In this document: in pieces, positions 1-11,673 of the stretch | Numbering within the stretch: the stretch's first letter is position 1 | Layout of the letters: each line of letters opens with the position of its first letter | DNA from: Chrysomallon squamiferum | Taxonomy: Eukaryota; Animalia; Mollusca | Assembly (NCBI GenBank): GCA_012295275.1 | Contig: CM022670.1 | Coordinates: 8,494,001-8,558,000, forward strand | Length of the DNA: 64,000 bases | Reading direction: 5' to 3' | The notes under the pieces: model-generated | Database searches by the model: none | What the model was told of the DNA's origin: nothing | Seen by the model: the letters and a program-made list of their open reading frames with translations, nothing else | Made by a program: the position numbers and the translations under genes

Positions 1-3000
1 GCAGAGCTGGTGGACGTGCTGGGGGAGGTGGTGGGTATTCCAGGAAAGTTATAAATGTTTCTCCAGGACAGAAGATCGCCATCAAAGTGGGAAAGGCAGG
101 ATCTCCAAGTTACTGGGGTGGAAAAGCTGCTCAAGGAATCGTTGTCGTGTCCTGGGGAGGACCTATTGATAATTTTGTCAACACATCAGCAATATCAACA
201 GGTATCTAAAAACATCGTACAAACTGTAACTAAAACAAAGATTTAAAAGTAAGTAACAAAAAACTTGGTTAACTGTTAAGCAAAGAAATATATTCCACCT
301 TTGACTGTATTGCATCTTATTCTATATACCCTAGTACTTTTTAACACCGACCTTTCAGAAACAGTATATTTAAGCTGGAACGGTAAATATTTCAATGGTA
401 ATTCGGTATGCTTTTAGGATCATTTGATGTTTCATAATCTTTTTACATTAAGCATTTGCTCCTCTTAAAATATGTTTATTTTATTTCATTTCATTCTATT
501 ATTGTTTTATTTTCTATTTTTAAAAGTTGTAATATATATTTTATCATTAAGATTTGAAAAAGATTGAAATATAATTTTTAATATTTAAAAAAAAAATAAA
601 AAAAATAAAATAACACAGACGATAAAGTACAGCAAACAACACATAATTCTAATATATATAAATTTTGTTCTTCTTTATCTTCTGTTATCTTAATCTGTTG
701 TGTCAAATGTATTTTATCTGACAAAAGTTTATCCATTACTTCAGGTTGTTTAATGTTATCATGACTCATTTTATCGTGTAATTTACCTGATTTTACTTTA
801 CTTTGTGCTATTATTATCATCATCATTATGATTATCATCTTCATCTTCATAATTATGATCGCCATCGTCCCCCTTCTCCCTCCCCATTCTTGTTAATCTT
901 TCTCTTTTTTTTTTCCTATTGTTGTCTTTGTTCAAATATAATAAAATATATTCACTATAATTATATAAAATTATTTTTTAGATCTTCCCAGAAAATCTTG
1001 CACGAGATATTGTTCTGGTTCATATAAAACAGGAGCTAAATGTGTTAGTGGGTTCTGTGAGTGCAACAAACCCGGATACAACAAATATACCTGTTTACGT
1101 GAGTGAAATACCATTTTTTATTATTCTAGTAGACAAGATGAAAAAAATATAAAAAGAAAACCTAGTACAGCCAGTTATTAAAAATATGTCCTGTTCTTGT
1201 AACATCGCTTTATTACCTTATTATTATCATTTTTTTGTTTGTTAGTGGTGCTGTTGTTGCTTTTGTTGTTGTTCCTCATATTATTATTATTATTGTTATT
1301 ATTATTATTATCATTATTATTATTCTGATGATTATTATTATTGTTGTTGCTGTTGTTACTGTTGTTGCTATTATTATTATTATTATTTATTATTATTATT
1401 AGATATATCTATTCTTCTTTTCACAGCCGATGTAGGAAACTGTAGGATAATTCCTGGTAATCCCAGTGCAGTTGCTATAGCAAAGTATAACGGTGTTACT
1501 CAAAAGCTCCGCAGCTGCGTCAACAACGTCGAACAAGGAAAATATGATGTCCACGTCCTCGGCAACTACGAGGGTAATGTTCACACGAGACCTGCATCAG
1601 CGGGAACGACAAATGTGTACATCAAAGGAGAAAGCTCAAAACCTGTTGTTTTAGTTTTGTCAAGTTATGAACCAGTGAAATGGGTCATTCATTGTGACAG
1701 CCGTGTCAAAATGCATGCTGTACTAATGGTATTTATTTATTTATTTATTTACATTTCTTTGCTCAATTATTTACTGATTCTTTCATCAATCAGTTGCTAG
1801 AACTGTGAGTTAGTCAGTAGATCAGTCAGTCTCAGTGAATTATTAAGGCTAATTAGGTCATGGTGAGTCAGTAATAGCTCAGTTATTAAGTTTGCCAATG
1901 TCTGTATAAGCCAATTAGAAGCTCACTCGGTTGTTCAGTCAACGCTTGGATAAGTCAATCAAAACATGTGTTAGTGAGAGATATAGAGGCAGAGAGACCT
2001 ACAAACAAAGATTATAGAATTATAGATACTGTTATTAGTGCACAGTTAGATGGTTAAAATCTAATTTGCTGGTCAAACGTTTGTGAACGTGACACTTTAA
2101 ACAACGGAGATATTTACATCATCTTTTATGCACTTTGAAATAATTTCTTTCAGTTCAGCTATTACCATACTATTAGCTCGGTGGATGTGAGTCACGTGGA
2201 TAACTCAGCGTCAGTTATGATTGAGAAGGCGAGAAGATCATCTGCGACTGGTGACGACTCAGGAGGTGGAGACACAGTCGGCTTGTTGAAATATCTCGAC
2301 TCTAGATGGGGATCTGTAAAATCATTTTCCGGATCTTACAGAGCGGATGAGTGGACTCTCAAAGTATCCAAAGTGGAAGAGAAACCTAAAGGAAAGATCG
2401 CTGACAAATCATCGGCAGGTAAGGTTTCTAGTCTTAATTACGACACAGAGAGATACACACACATAGACACAGACAAACAAAGATAATAGAAATATAGACA
2501 GATATTTTATAGTAAGAGAGAAAATTACAGAGTGAACGAAAGTGAGAGACGGTGTAAGTAGAATACATAAAAAAAAGAGATTGAAAGAAGGAAAGGACAA
2601 ATGAATACGAGAAACAAAGATTTGTGACAGCGATTCCTCATTTCATGTCGAATTATCTATTAATAAATCTGTAAAATATTTGAAATTACAACAAAATATA
2701 CATTTTATAAGCAAATAGAAATTTTTCACATGACACTGAAGAAATGATTGAAATAATAATTTATTTTATTTCAGTGACAAACTGTCTGAATTCAAAAGAC
2801 TGCTGGGTGCAGCACGATTTTGAGTTTGAAGATAACTGGAACGATTGTCATGGAAAACAATACGTGAGAAAAACCACTTACAAAGTTGGGAAATATGTTG
2901 GAGTAGTTCTGTGTTCATCTACCAGGTATTCATGTGTATCTCTCTAAATCTGTCTCAATCTCGATATCTATTGCTTTGACATACATACACAAACGTACAG

Positions 3001-3989
3001 GCACACATTTGCAGATCTAATATTCTGACCACTACAGTTGCATTTTGCAGATATAAGCTGTTTTTGTCTGACTCGCTCAGTGACCGTTTTCTCAACATCG
3101 GAGACGGCAGTGGACATGGTCAGGATCATTGTGAGTTTATAGGAAGCAAAAATGATGCAACTTCTATAGACAGCAATTTCTGGGATTCGCCAGGAACTAC
3201 AGGTCAGATTTTCTTTAAAAAGAAACATTTTAAGAGGCACATTTCCGTGAAAAACATTTCTTAAATTGTTACAAATTGATTGAAAACGGTAATACAGAAA
3301 TGTTTTAAAGGGTGTCTGCAATTTATATTTTAGTGTTTAAACCGACATTTATTGATAACAATATATAATAAATGTAATTCTGATTCAGTTATTTATATCG
3401 TTTTAGGATACATACGATCAAAGCGTGGTGAAACGCCTACCAAGGGCAGAATTGGGGGAGGCACGGGATCCTCGTGGACTGGAAAGTATTATGGAAAATG
3501 GATAGAATGTGGAGTCAGGATTCCAGGAAACAGCAGAGTGGTTTTATCGTCTGGTACAATACGTAATTCGTCTTGTCTTAAAGTTATTTTTCTAGAAAGG
3601 AACATTTTAATAGTTATTGTCTATAAGTATGTTTGCGTTGAAGTAATTATGTAACTAGTAAATTGAATCTGATCCAGAATCAAGTATTTTGAGTTGATTA
3701 TTTCAGATTTTAGATTTTTCAAATTACCAACATATACAATAAATTATCTGTTGTAATTATTCGCTTTAAAATTTTAGGATCGGAAACCACAAGTGAAAAT
3801 GTGTCATGGGACAAGGTTAAATATGAAAAAAAAGTGTTTTTAAAAGATGAAATATTCACAGTGCCCAGCGGAGTGACGAAAATTGATGTCATTTGTGTTG
3901 GTACGTTCGTGTTGAAAATACACATTTTACTACATAATTTTTAGTTTTAAAGATTTTATCTTATGATTAACAAAATAACAGTAAGAGCT

Positions 3990-4039
<50 letters not shown>

Positions 4040-4183
4040 AATAATAATAATAATAATATCAATAATAATATCAAGGTGTTGCAATGAATAAAAAAGAAAG
4101 AAAGAAAATAAATAAATAGGTAAATAAAGAAACAAAGAATTAAACAAAAAATCCCCGAAACAAACAAATTAAATCTCTTCAAA

Positions 4184-4250
<67 letters not shown>

Positions 4251-7200
4251 ATATTTTAGTAATTCACTTTATTTATTACTGACAGGAGGAGGTGGGGGCG
4301 GTAAAGACGGACATTCGAGTTCAGGGTCGGGTGCATACGGTGGGGATGGAGGAATGTCACAGTTTGGTGAATATCTCAAAGCAGAAGGCGGGAAAGGTGC
4401 CAAGACAGATAATTCAGGTTTGTTATAAAATAGTTTATGTAACTAAATGAGCTAAAGTTTTGTTAAATGCACAAACGGAATGTTTACCACAAATACATAT
4501 CTTTTTTTTTTAAACATAGGTTCTTTGATTTATTTCATTAACAACTGTTGGTGATAATATGGCAATTTCTAAGTGTTACACTATTAAAATTAAGAAGATC
4601 AAAAAAAATAAAACAATAACAGAATCTACTTTACACGTAGGAGGTGAAGGTGGACATGGTACAGTCGCCAATGGAGGCCAGGGAGGAATTGGTGGGGGTT
4701 GCAGCGCAGGTGCAGGAGCTGCAGGTCAGACAAGTGGAGGTGGGGGTGGAAAGGTTCCAGGATCATCCACATATCCCTACTGTGGCGGCGGGGGCAGTTC
4801 TGGAGGCAGTTCTTGCGGCAAGGAATTTGCATCAATTCCCCCAGGAAAGTCAGGACCAGGAGGTGTTGATCCCGCGGGCAGATCTGGAGGTCTTTATGGG
4901 GGAGGTGGGGGAAGCAGAGCTGGTGGACGTGCTGGGGGAGGTGGTGGGTATTCCAGGAAAGTTATAAATGTTTCTCCAGGACAGAAGATCGCCATCAAAG
5001 TGGGAAAGGAAGGATCTCCAAGTTACTGGGGTGGAAAAGCTGCTCAAGGAATCGTTGTCGTGTCCTGGGGAGGACCTATTGATAATTTTGTCAACACATC
5101 AGCAATATCAACAGGTATCTATAGTTTGAAAAGAATCGTACAAACTGTAACTAAAACAAAGATTTAAAAGTAAGAAACAAAAAAACTTGGTTGTCTGTAA
5201 GCAAAGAAATACATTCCACCTTTGACTGTATTCCATCTTATTCTATATACCCTAGTACTTTTTAACACCGACCTTTCAGAAACAGTATATACAAGCTGGA
5301 ACGGTAAATATCTCAATGGTAATTCGGTATGCTTTTAGATGATTTGATGTTTCATAATCTTTTTACATTAAGCATTTACTCGTCTTAAAATATATTTATT
5401 TTATTTCATTTTTCTATTATTTTTTATTTTCTGTTTTTAAAAGTTGTAATATATATTTTATCATTAAGATTTGAAAAAGATTGAATAATATTTTTTAATA
5501 TTTAAAAAGAAAAAAAACTAACACAGACGTTAAAGCACAGCACACAACACATAATTAGTGTATATACATTTTGTTCTTGTTTTGTCTTCTGTTATCTTAA
5601 TCTGTTGTGTCAAATGTATTTTATCTGACAAAACTTTATCATCCATTACAAATATTTGAGATTACAACAAAATATACAGTTTGTAAGCAAATAGACATTT
5701 TTCACATGATACTGAAAAAATGACTGAAACAATAATTTATTTTCTTTCAGTGACTAACTGTCTGAATTCAAAAGACTGCTGGGTGCAGCACAATTTTCAG
5801 TTTGATGATAACTGGAACGATTGTCATGGAAGACAATACGTGAGAAAAACCACTTACAAAGTTGGGAGATATGTTGGAGTAGTTCTGTGTTCATCTACCA
5901 GGTATTCATGTGTATCTCTCTAAATCTCTCTCATTCTCGATGTCTCTTGCTGTAACATACATATACACACGTACACGCACACATGTGCAGATCCAATATT
6001 CTGACCACTACAGTTGTGTTTTGCAGATATAAGCTGTTTTTGTCTGACTCGCTCAGTGACCGTTTTCTCAACATCGGAGACGGCAGTGGACATGGTCAAG
6101 ATCATTGTGAGTTTATAGGAAGCAAAAATGATGCAACTTCTATAGACAGCAATTTCTGGGATTCGCCAGGAACTACAGGTCAGATTTTCTTTAAAAAAAA
6201 ACATTTTAAGAGGCACATTTCTGTGAGAAATATTTTTTAAATTGTTACAAAATGATTGAAAACGGTAATACAGAATTGTTTTAAAGGGTGTCTGCAATTT
6301 ATATTTTATTGTTTAAACCGACATTTATTGATAACAACATATAATAAATGTAATTCTGATTCAGTTATTTATATCGTTTTAGGATACATACGATCAAGGC
6401 GTGGTCAAACGCCTGTCAAGGGCAGAATTGGGGGAGGCACGGGATCCTTGTGGACTGGAAAGTTTTATGGAAAATGGATAGAATGTGGAGTCAGGATTCC
6501 AGGAAACAGCAGAGTGGTTTTATCGTCTGGTACAAAAGGTAATTCGTCTTGTCTTAAACCGTCTTGTTTCTAACACCGATCTTTCATAAAGAATATATAC
6601 AAGCTGGAACGGGAAATATCTGAAAAGTAATTCGTGAATTCGACATAAAACATATTTATTTTGTTTCATTTCATTGTATTATTATTATTTTTTTTTTCTG
6701 TTTTTAAAAGTTGTAATATAAATTTCATAATTAAGATTTGTAAAAGATCGATATATAGTTTTAGATTTGTTTTAATTAATACAGACACTGAAGTACGGCA
6801 AACAACACATAAGTAGAATATATAAATCTTCTTCTTTTATTTCTTGCATCTATTGTTCTTCTTGTTGTTGTTCTTCTTCTTTTTGTTCGTGTTCTTCTTC
6901 TTCTTCTTCTTCTTATTATTATTGTTCATAATGTTATTATTATTATTAAATATTAATACATGATACATTAAATGCAGAGTTATATTTGAAGACTGTTTAT
7001 ATTTCTGACTGTATTTACATTTATTCTTTTTACAGAACTAACTACTACAACGACAACAGCCACTCCAAGTATTTATTTTAAAACTATCTCTCTGTGAGCC
7101 AAGAATTCTCTATCTCTGTCGCCTTTGTCTCTTTATTCATCTTTGTCACTCTATCACTCTGTCTCTGTCCCTGAGTCTCTGTCTTTGTCTTTCTCTTAAA

Positions 7201-8277
7201 CGCACATCGAATCGCATATCGAATGTATGTATGTTTGTCAATGTATACACGTTTGAGATATCTATATCGTCATTCTCTCTCTCTCTGTCTCTCTCTCTTT
7301 TTCTCTCTCTGTACGTCTGTCTCTCTGTCTGTATGAGACCATGCATACATGTAGGTGTACATGCATGTATATTTGTATGTATGTATGCATGTTGTTTATA
7401 AGTATGTGTGTATATGTGTTTCCATGTGTACGTATGTATGTAAATATATAGGTGTATATTCTGTTTCTAAATATTTATTACAATCATTTAAAGCTACTCG
7501 ATGCATGGGAACGTATTGTTCGGGTTCGTATACGATGGGAGCCAAATGTGTCAACGGATACTGTGTTTGTACAAAATCTGGATACAACTACTATACGTGT
7601 CTACGTATGCATTATTTATAATTAAATGTATCTATTCATACAAGTTCATGTTCACACAGAAACATACAGATAAACATACATACACACATATACTTATAGA
7701 CATATGCACATACTCAGGTATGCAAACACTAATATACAGATGCACATGCACATATACACACAGACACATTCACACAGAGTCTGAGTCAAAGGCAATATTT
7801 ATAACGAGAAATACTCCGAATCGATAAAGTAAAGGGACATAGTTGAAATACTTTAAAATTATATTTTCAGCTGATTATGCTGGTTGTTTAGTACAAAGAA
7901 ACAAGGAAACTAGGGCTGTTCCATCTTATCACGGCAGAAAGCGATCGTCTGTATATGGTTGTATCAATAAAAACAGTCTGAATCTGTCGCCCGAAGTTCA
8001 TGTACTTGGATGCTATGAGAACATCAATCGAAGGCCACCTAAAGCTGGGAATACAACTGTGGACATTGTGGGACAAACAACCAAACCTATTGTTCTGGTT
8101 TTGACCTCTTATGAACCTGTAGCCTGGAGGATTAATGTCCCTGCTGGAATCACTATCCAGAAAATCATGCTGGTAAAATTTCTCTAATTTTAAGAAAGCT
8201 TGTGTAAATGTTAAAGAATAAAAGTTTTTTTGAAAGAATTTTTGGAATCTCAATACTTTGTAATAATATCTGTATAT

Positions 8278-8322
<45 letters not shown>

Positions 8323-8852
8323 CATTTTATCGGTTAGCAGTAATGTATATTTATGTATAACCTTTGATCAAGTAGACTTTGTAATAATATCTGTAATATA
8401 CTTTATATTCATATATATATAAAGCCTACACATCACTGTGTAGAGTCATTTTATCGGTTAGCAGTAACGTGTATTTACATATATTTTTTGATCAAGTTGA
8501 CTGATAAAGTGATTTTGATCTGCTAGGTAAAATGGGAAGTAGCTTGATGTCTGTATGTGTTTGCATGCAGTATGTATGTATAGATTTAAAACTTTATGTG
8601 TTAAAATCAAAATGAAATTGTTTTGCTTTCTTGCAGTATTCTTACTATCTGGATAAGAGTTCTGTAAGCGTGAATGGTGGATCAAACCCTCCAGTCGAGA
8701 AAAGCAGAAAGAGTGTCTATGGATATGGTAGTGACAGTGGCGGAGGTCACACGCTCAAGTTACTGGCTGAAGTCAAGAAGCTGTTTGGTCATGTGACTTC
8801 ATTTTCTGGAACCTACAAAGTTGACGACTGGTCACTCACGGTGGGCATCTAG
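1..8852 (+). CDS. Multi-exon modular (probably extracellular) protein, 5' end outside window: Gly-rich / Cys-rich / 'YEPV' / TARSH-C domain repeats
   Basis: Exons joined by GT-AG introns with continuous frame: <1-201, 359-382, 982-1098, 1427-1728, 2154-2418, 2775-2925, 3051-3202, 3407-3562, 3778-3900, 4286-4417, 4641-5114, 5280-5303, 5751-5901, 6027-6178, 6383-6538, 7036-7068, 7494-7604, 7871-8172, 8637-8852 (TAG). Inter-module introns are phase 1. Confidence 0.85.
982..1098 (+). CDS. 6-Cys EGF/EB-like module exon, copy 1
   Basis: DLPRKSCTRYCSGSYKTGAKCVSGFCECNKPGYNKYTCL; tag| acceptor, |gtgagt donor; paralogous to 7494-7604. Confidence 0.8.
1427..2418 (+). CDS. Uncharacterised 'VHVLGxYE...PVVLVLSSYEPVxW' domain, copy 1 (2 exons)
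   Basis: Exons 1427-1728 and 2154-2418; aligns with 7871-8852 (GxDSGGGxT..LL...SFSGxYxxDxWxL). Confidence 0.8.
2775..3562 (+). CDS. TARSH/ABI3BP-FNDC1 C-terminal-like domain, copy 1 (3 exons)
   Basis: CHGKQYVRKT...VGVVLCSSTRYKLFLSDSL...FLNIGDGSGHGQDHCEF...GY.R...G.IGG...WIECGVRIPG matches the recalled ABI3BP C-terminal motif order (CxGKQYVKRT/VGVQLCNSLRYKIYLSDSL/NIGDxxGHGEDHCQF/WYECGxxIPG). Confidence 0.8.
3778..5114 (+). CDS. Glycine-rich domain (phage-tail / ALK-LTK GRD-like), 3 exons
   Basis: FTVPSGVTKIDVICVGGGGGG...GGDGGMSQFGEYLKAEGGKG...GGGGGYSRKVINVSPGQKIAIKVG...GIVVVSW; the 3' end is near-identical to 1-201. Confidence 0.75.
5751..6538 (+). CDS. TARSH/FNDC1 C-terminal-like domain, copy 2 (3 exons)
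   Basis: Near-identical to 2775-3562 including introns. Confidence 0.8.
7494..8852 (+). CDS. Terminal Cys module plus second 'YEPV' domain
   Basis: Exons 7494-7604, 7871-8172, 8637-8852; diverged paralog of 982-2418; stop TAG at 8850-8852. Confidence 0.8.
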
Positions 8853-8940
8853 CTCATCAGTTGACTGTGCAAAGTCTCTGTTGTCCCATTGTCTAATGAA
8901 TATTTTAATCAGAGTAACAATCATGAGTTCTTGTTCAATA

Positions 8941-9908
8941 CAGTCAAACCTCTTTATAACGGCTCCCAGGAAACATCATCTATCTATCGCCCAAACATGT
9001 TAGAACATCGACCGCCTGTATTTAAAATATATATAAATTTAACCCTTATTATCGCCCCTTAACCAGATATCCTCCACAGTTCAACATTTCAAAAGAATGA
9101 AACACGTAGTAAAATTACTCGAAAACCTGCATCATTTGATCTTGTCGACGATCATGAAGACTTTGTAGATCATACTTAGTGAATGGAAAAAAAAAAAAAA
9201 AAAATGTTTAAATATTTTGTAAATATTCAGAGGAAGTCTGTTTGGTATGGCAGTAACGAAAATATTTTTAAGTTGGTGCATTTTGTATAATGAAATCGTC
9301 ACAAATATCTGATTCATCTATTGGTACTTCCTGATTGCCAGCGACATAAGTGAAGAAGAGAGGAACCGTTCTGCTTTGTGACAGTGAACGGTCACTCGAG
9401 ATATATTATATAATTCAAAACAAAGTTTTCATACCTTGTAACAATTATATTATTTTTAAAAATTAAGACTTCCCCGTTCAAATTGCATGTACTTCAGTAT
9501 CTGTATAAATAAACATGTTGAAAACCGCAATCAAGGCTCTTTCCTCATGCTTTGGCTTACAAAACAACATGTATTGAAACCCAGATATCATTAACTTCAA
9601 AACAAATACATCATTCAGTTTTTCGAGAGAAAGTGAAGACAAAACAACAAGAGATATAAACAGTTCAACATCCAGCCTTTTTTTCTTTTCCACCCGTTTA
9701 TCGAACTTCCCAAATAAATCATCTATAACTCAACATACACTTTGTAATTCTCTAAGACAATCGTTCTAGCTCTTGGGTATTTTGAGGCCAGTTCTGATAT
9801 TTGGTGTCTGTAGTACCTAATAATATTAGAAAACATCTACCGTCCAGTTCATTATAAACACAAAAATCAATTGAGCAACAATAAAAGTGTTATAAACTGG
9901 TTTGACTG
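8941..9908. mobile_element. Non-autonomous Tc1/mariner (pogo/Tigger-like) DNA element
   Basis: Terminal inverted repeats CAGTCAAACCTCTTTATAAC / revcomp CAGTCAAACCAGTTTATAAC (18/20), flanked by TA on both sides (8939-8940, 9909-9910). Confidence 0.75.
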
Positions 9909-10412
9909 TATTTCATGTTTTCTTATTTCTTATTTGTAATAGAAATTTTTTTTAAATAAATTCACTGAGATACTATGAATATTTGTTGTCTTTGTGCATA
10001 TCTTTCCGTCTTTAACAGACGATTGCTATAGCTCGTTCTTGCGAATGAGCTTGTGATAAATAACATCTTTTTATATACATATTACTTTAAAATGAAAAAT
10101 GTTTCAATATTAAATTTTTGGCTTCCATTCACAACACACATACACATGCATAGATATGGACACAAAAATACCTAGATGTATACTACACACATATACACAC
10201 ACACATATACATACATACACATCCATGCACACACATACTGTCAAATTCAATTCTTTTTCTATACACAAAATTTTCTAATTAATTTAAAATTTTGAAAATA
10301 AAGATAAATATAAAGATAAATATTAAAGCATAAAATTAATACTGTTGAAAACAATTTACTGATACGATCAACAAAAAAAATAAAAAAAAAAAAAAATAAA
10401 AATAAAAATAAA

Positions 10413-10473
<61 letters not shown>

Positions 10474-10718
10474 TAATAAATAAATTTAAAGAAAATTTAA
10501 AAAAATATATTGAAGTAAAGTGAAAAAAAATAAAGGATTTTAAAAATTAGAAACATTGCAAAATTACTTGGAGATGTGTAATTAAACGAATTCTTTTCGA
10601 AATCCAGTAATTACTGAGTAATTACATTTTCAGGGTTTTGTTTATAAATGTCATTTTTCAAACGTTTCTCCAATAGCTCTGGCTGTTTTTAATAAGCATT
10701 TTATAATATTTAGACTTG

Positions 10719-10757
<39 letters not shown>

Positions 10758-10957
10758 CTCTGTCTCACACACACACACACACACACACACAAATACACAC
10801 ACACACGTACACTCGTATTAATAATTCTTAAAGACTGATACAGAAACAAGAAGAAGGAAAAGAAACACGATTAATAATCAAAGAGTGAAATAATAAAAGA
10901 AAATAAAAAAATTCTAACAGTCTTTGCAAAAACGAATTTCGACAGTTTAATAATAAT

Positions 10958-10989
<32 letters not shown>

Positions 10990-11268
10990 AAAACGGCAAT
11001 AACAACGAAATTCACATTGTTCGTTTCTGTCAGTTTCTGTGAGTAACATCAGTGTTGTTTTCAAATGACTGAACTCGCGTCGATTGTTTTCAAGTGAAAA
11101 AATTCGTATCTCTCTATCAGTTGTAAATGAATAGTGTGTCGTTTCCGAGTGAAAATACTCCTGTTTCAGAACTGATTTAAACGAATAAAGATTTACATCC
11201 ATAATGATTTCAAATGATTTAACTTTTGTCAACTTATTAAATACTCCTGAATAGTATTCCTTTACTCG

Positions 11269-11642
11269 TCAAACGGTAACCTAAAAGTAAATAAAAATAT
11301 ATGTTTTATTAATTAATTAATGTAAAAATGTAGCAAGGAGTTTAAAAAGATGCAAATAATACTGAATAACATAAAACATAATAATCAGTTAAATTAAATT
11401 AAATTAAATTAAATAAATAAATAAATAACATTAACCCAAACCACACAACACCGATAATAATAACAACAACAATAAAATAGTAACGATAAATTAAAAACAA
11501 TACCATGTTCAGCAGGAATAAACTAATAATTAAATAACAACAATAACAGAACAACAACAACAGTAATAATAAAACAACATCCTATAATAATAAGAAATAG
11601 TAGTAGTAATAGTAGTAGTAGTAGTAATAATAATAATAATAA

Positions 11643-11673
<31 letters not shown>

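Noticed and set aside
1-8852. Bacterial or phage contamination explaining the prokaryote-like domains
   Set aside because: Domains are split by GT-AG introns containing the same microsatellites as the rest of the window.
9478-9693. Possible MULE transposase remnant (EERALIAVFNMF) inside the TIR element
   Set aside because: Resemblance is only a few residues and the termini and TA flanks are Tc1/mariner-like; not supportable without a search.
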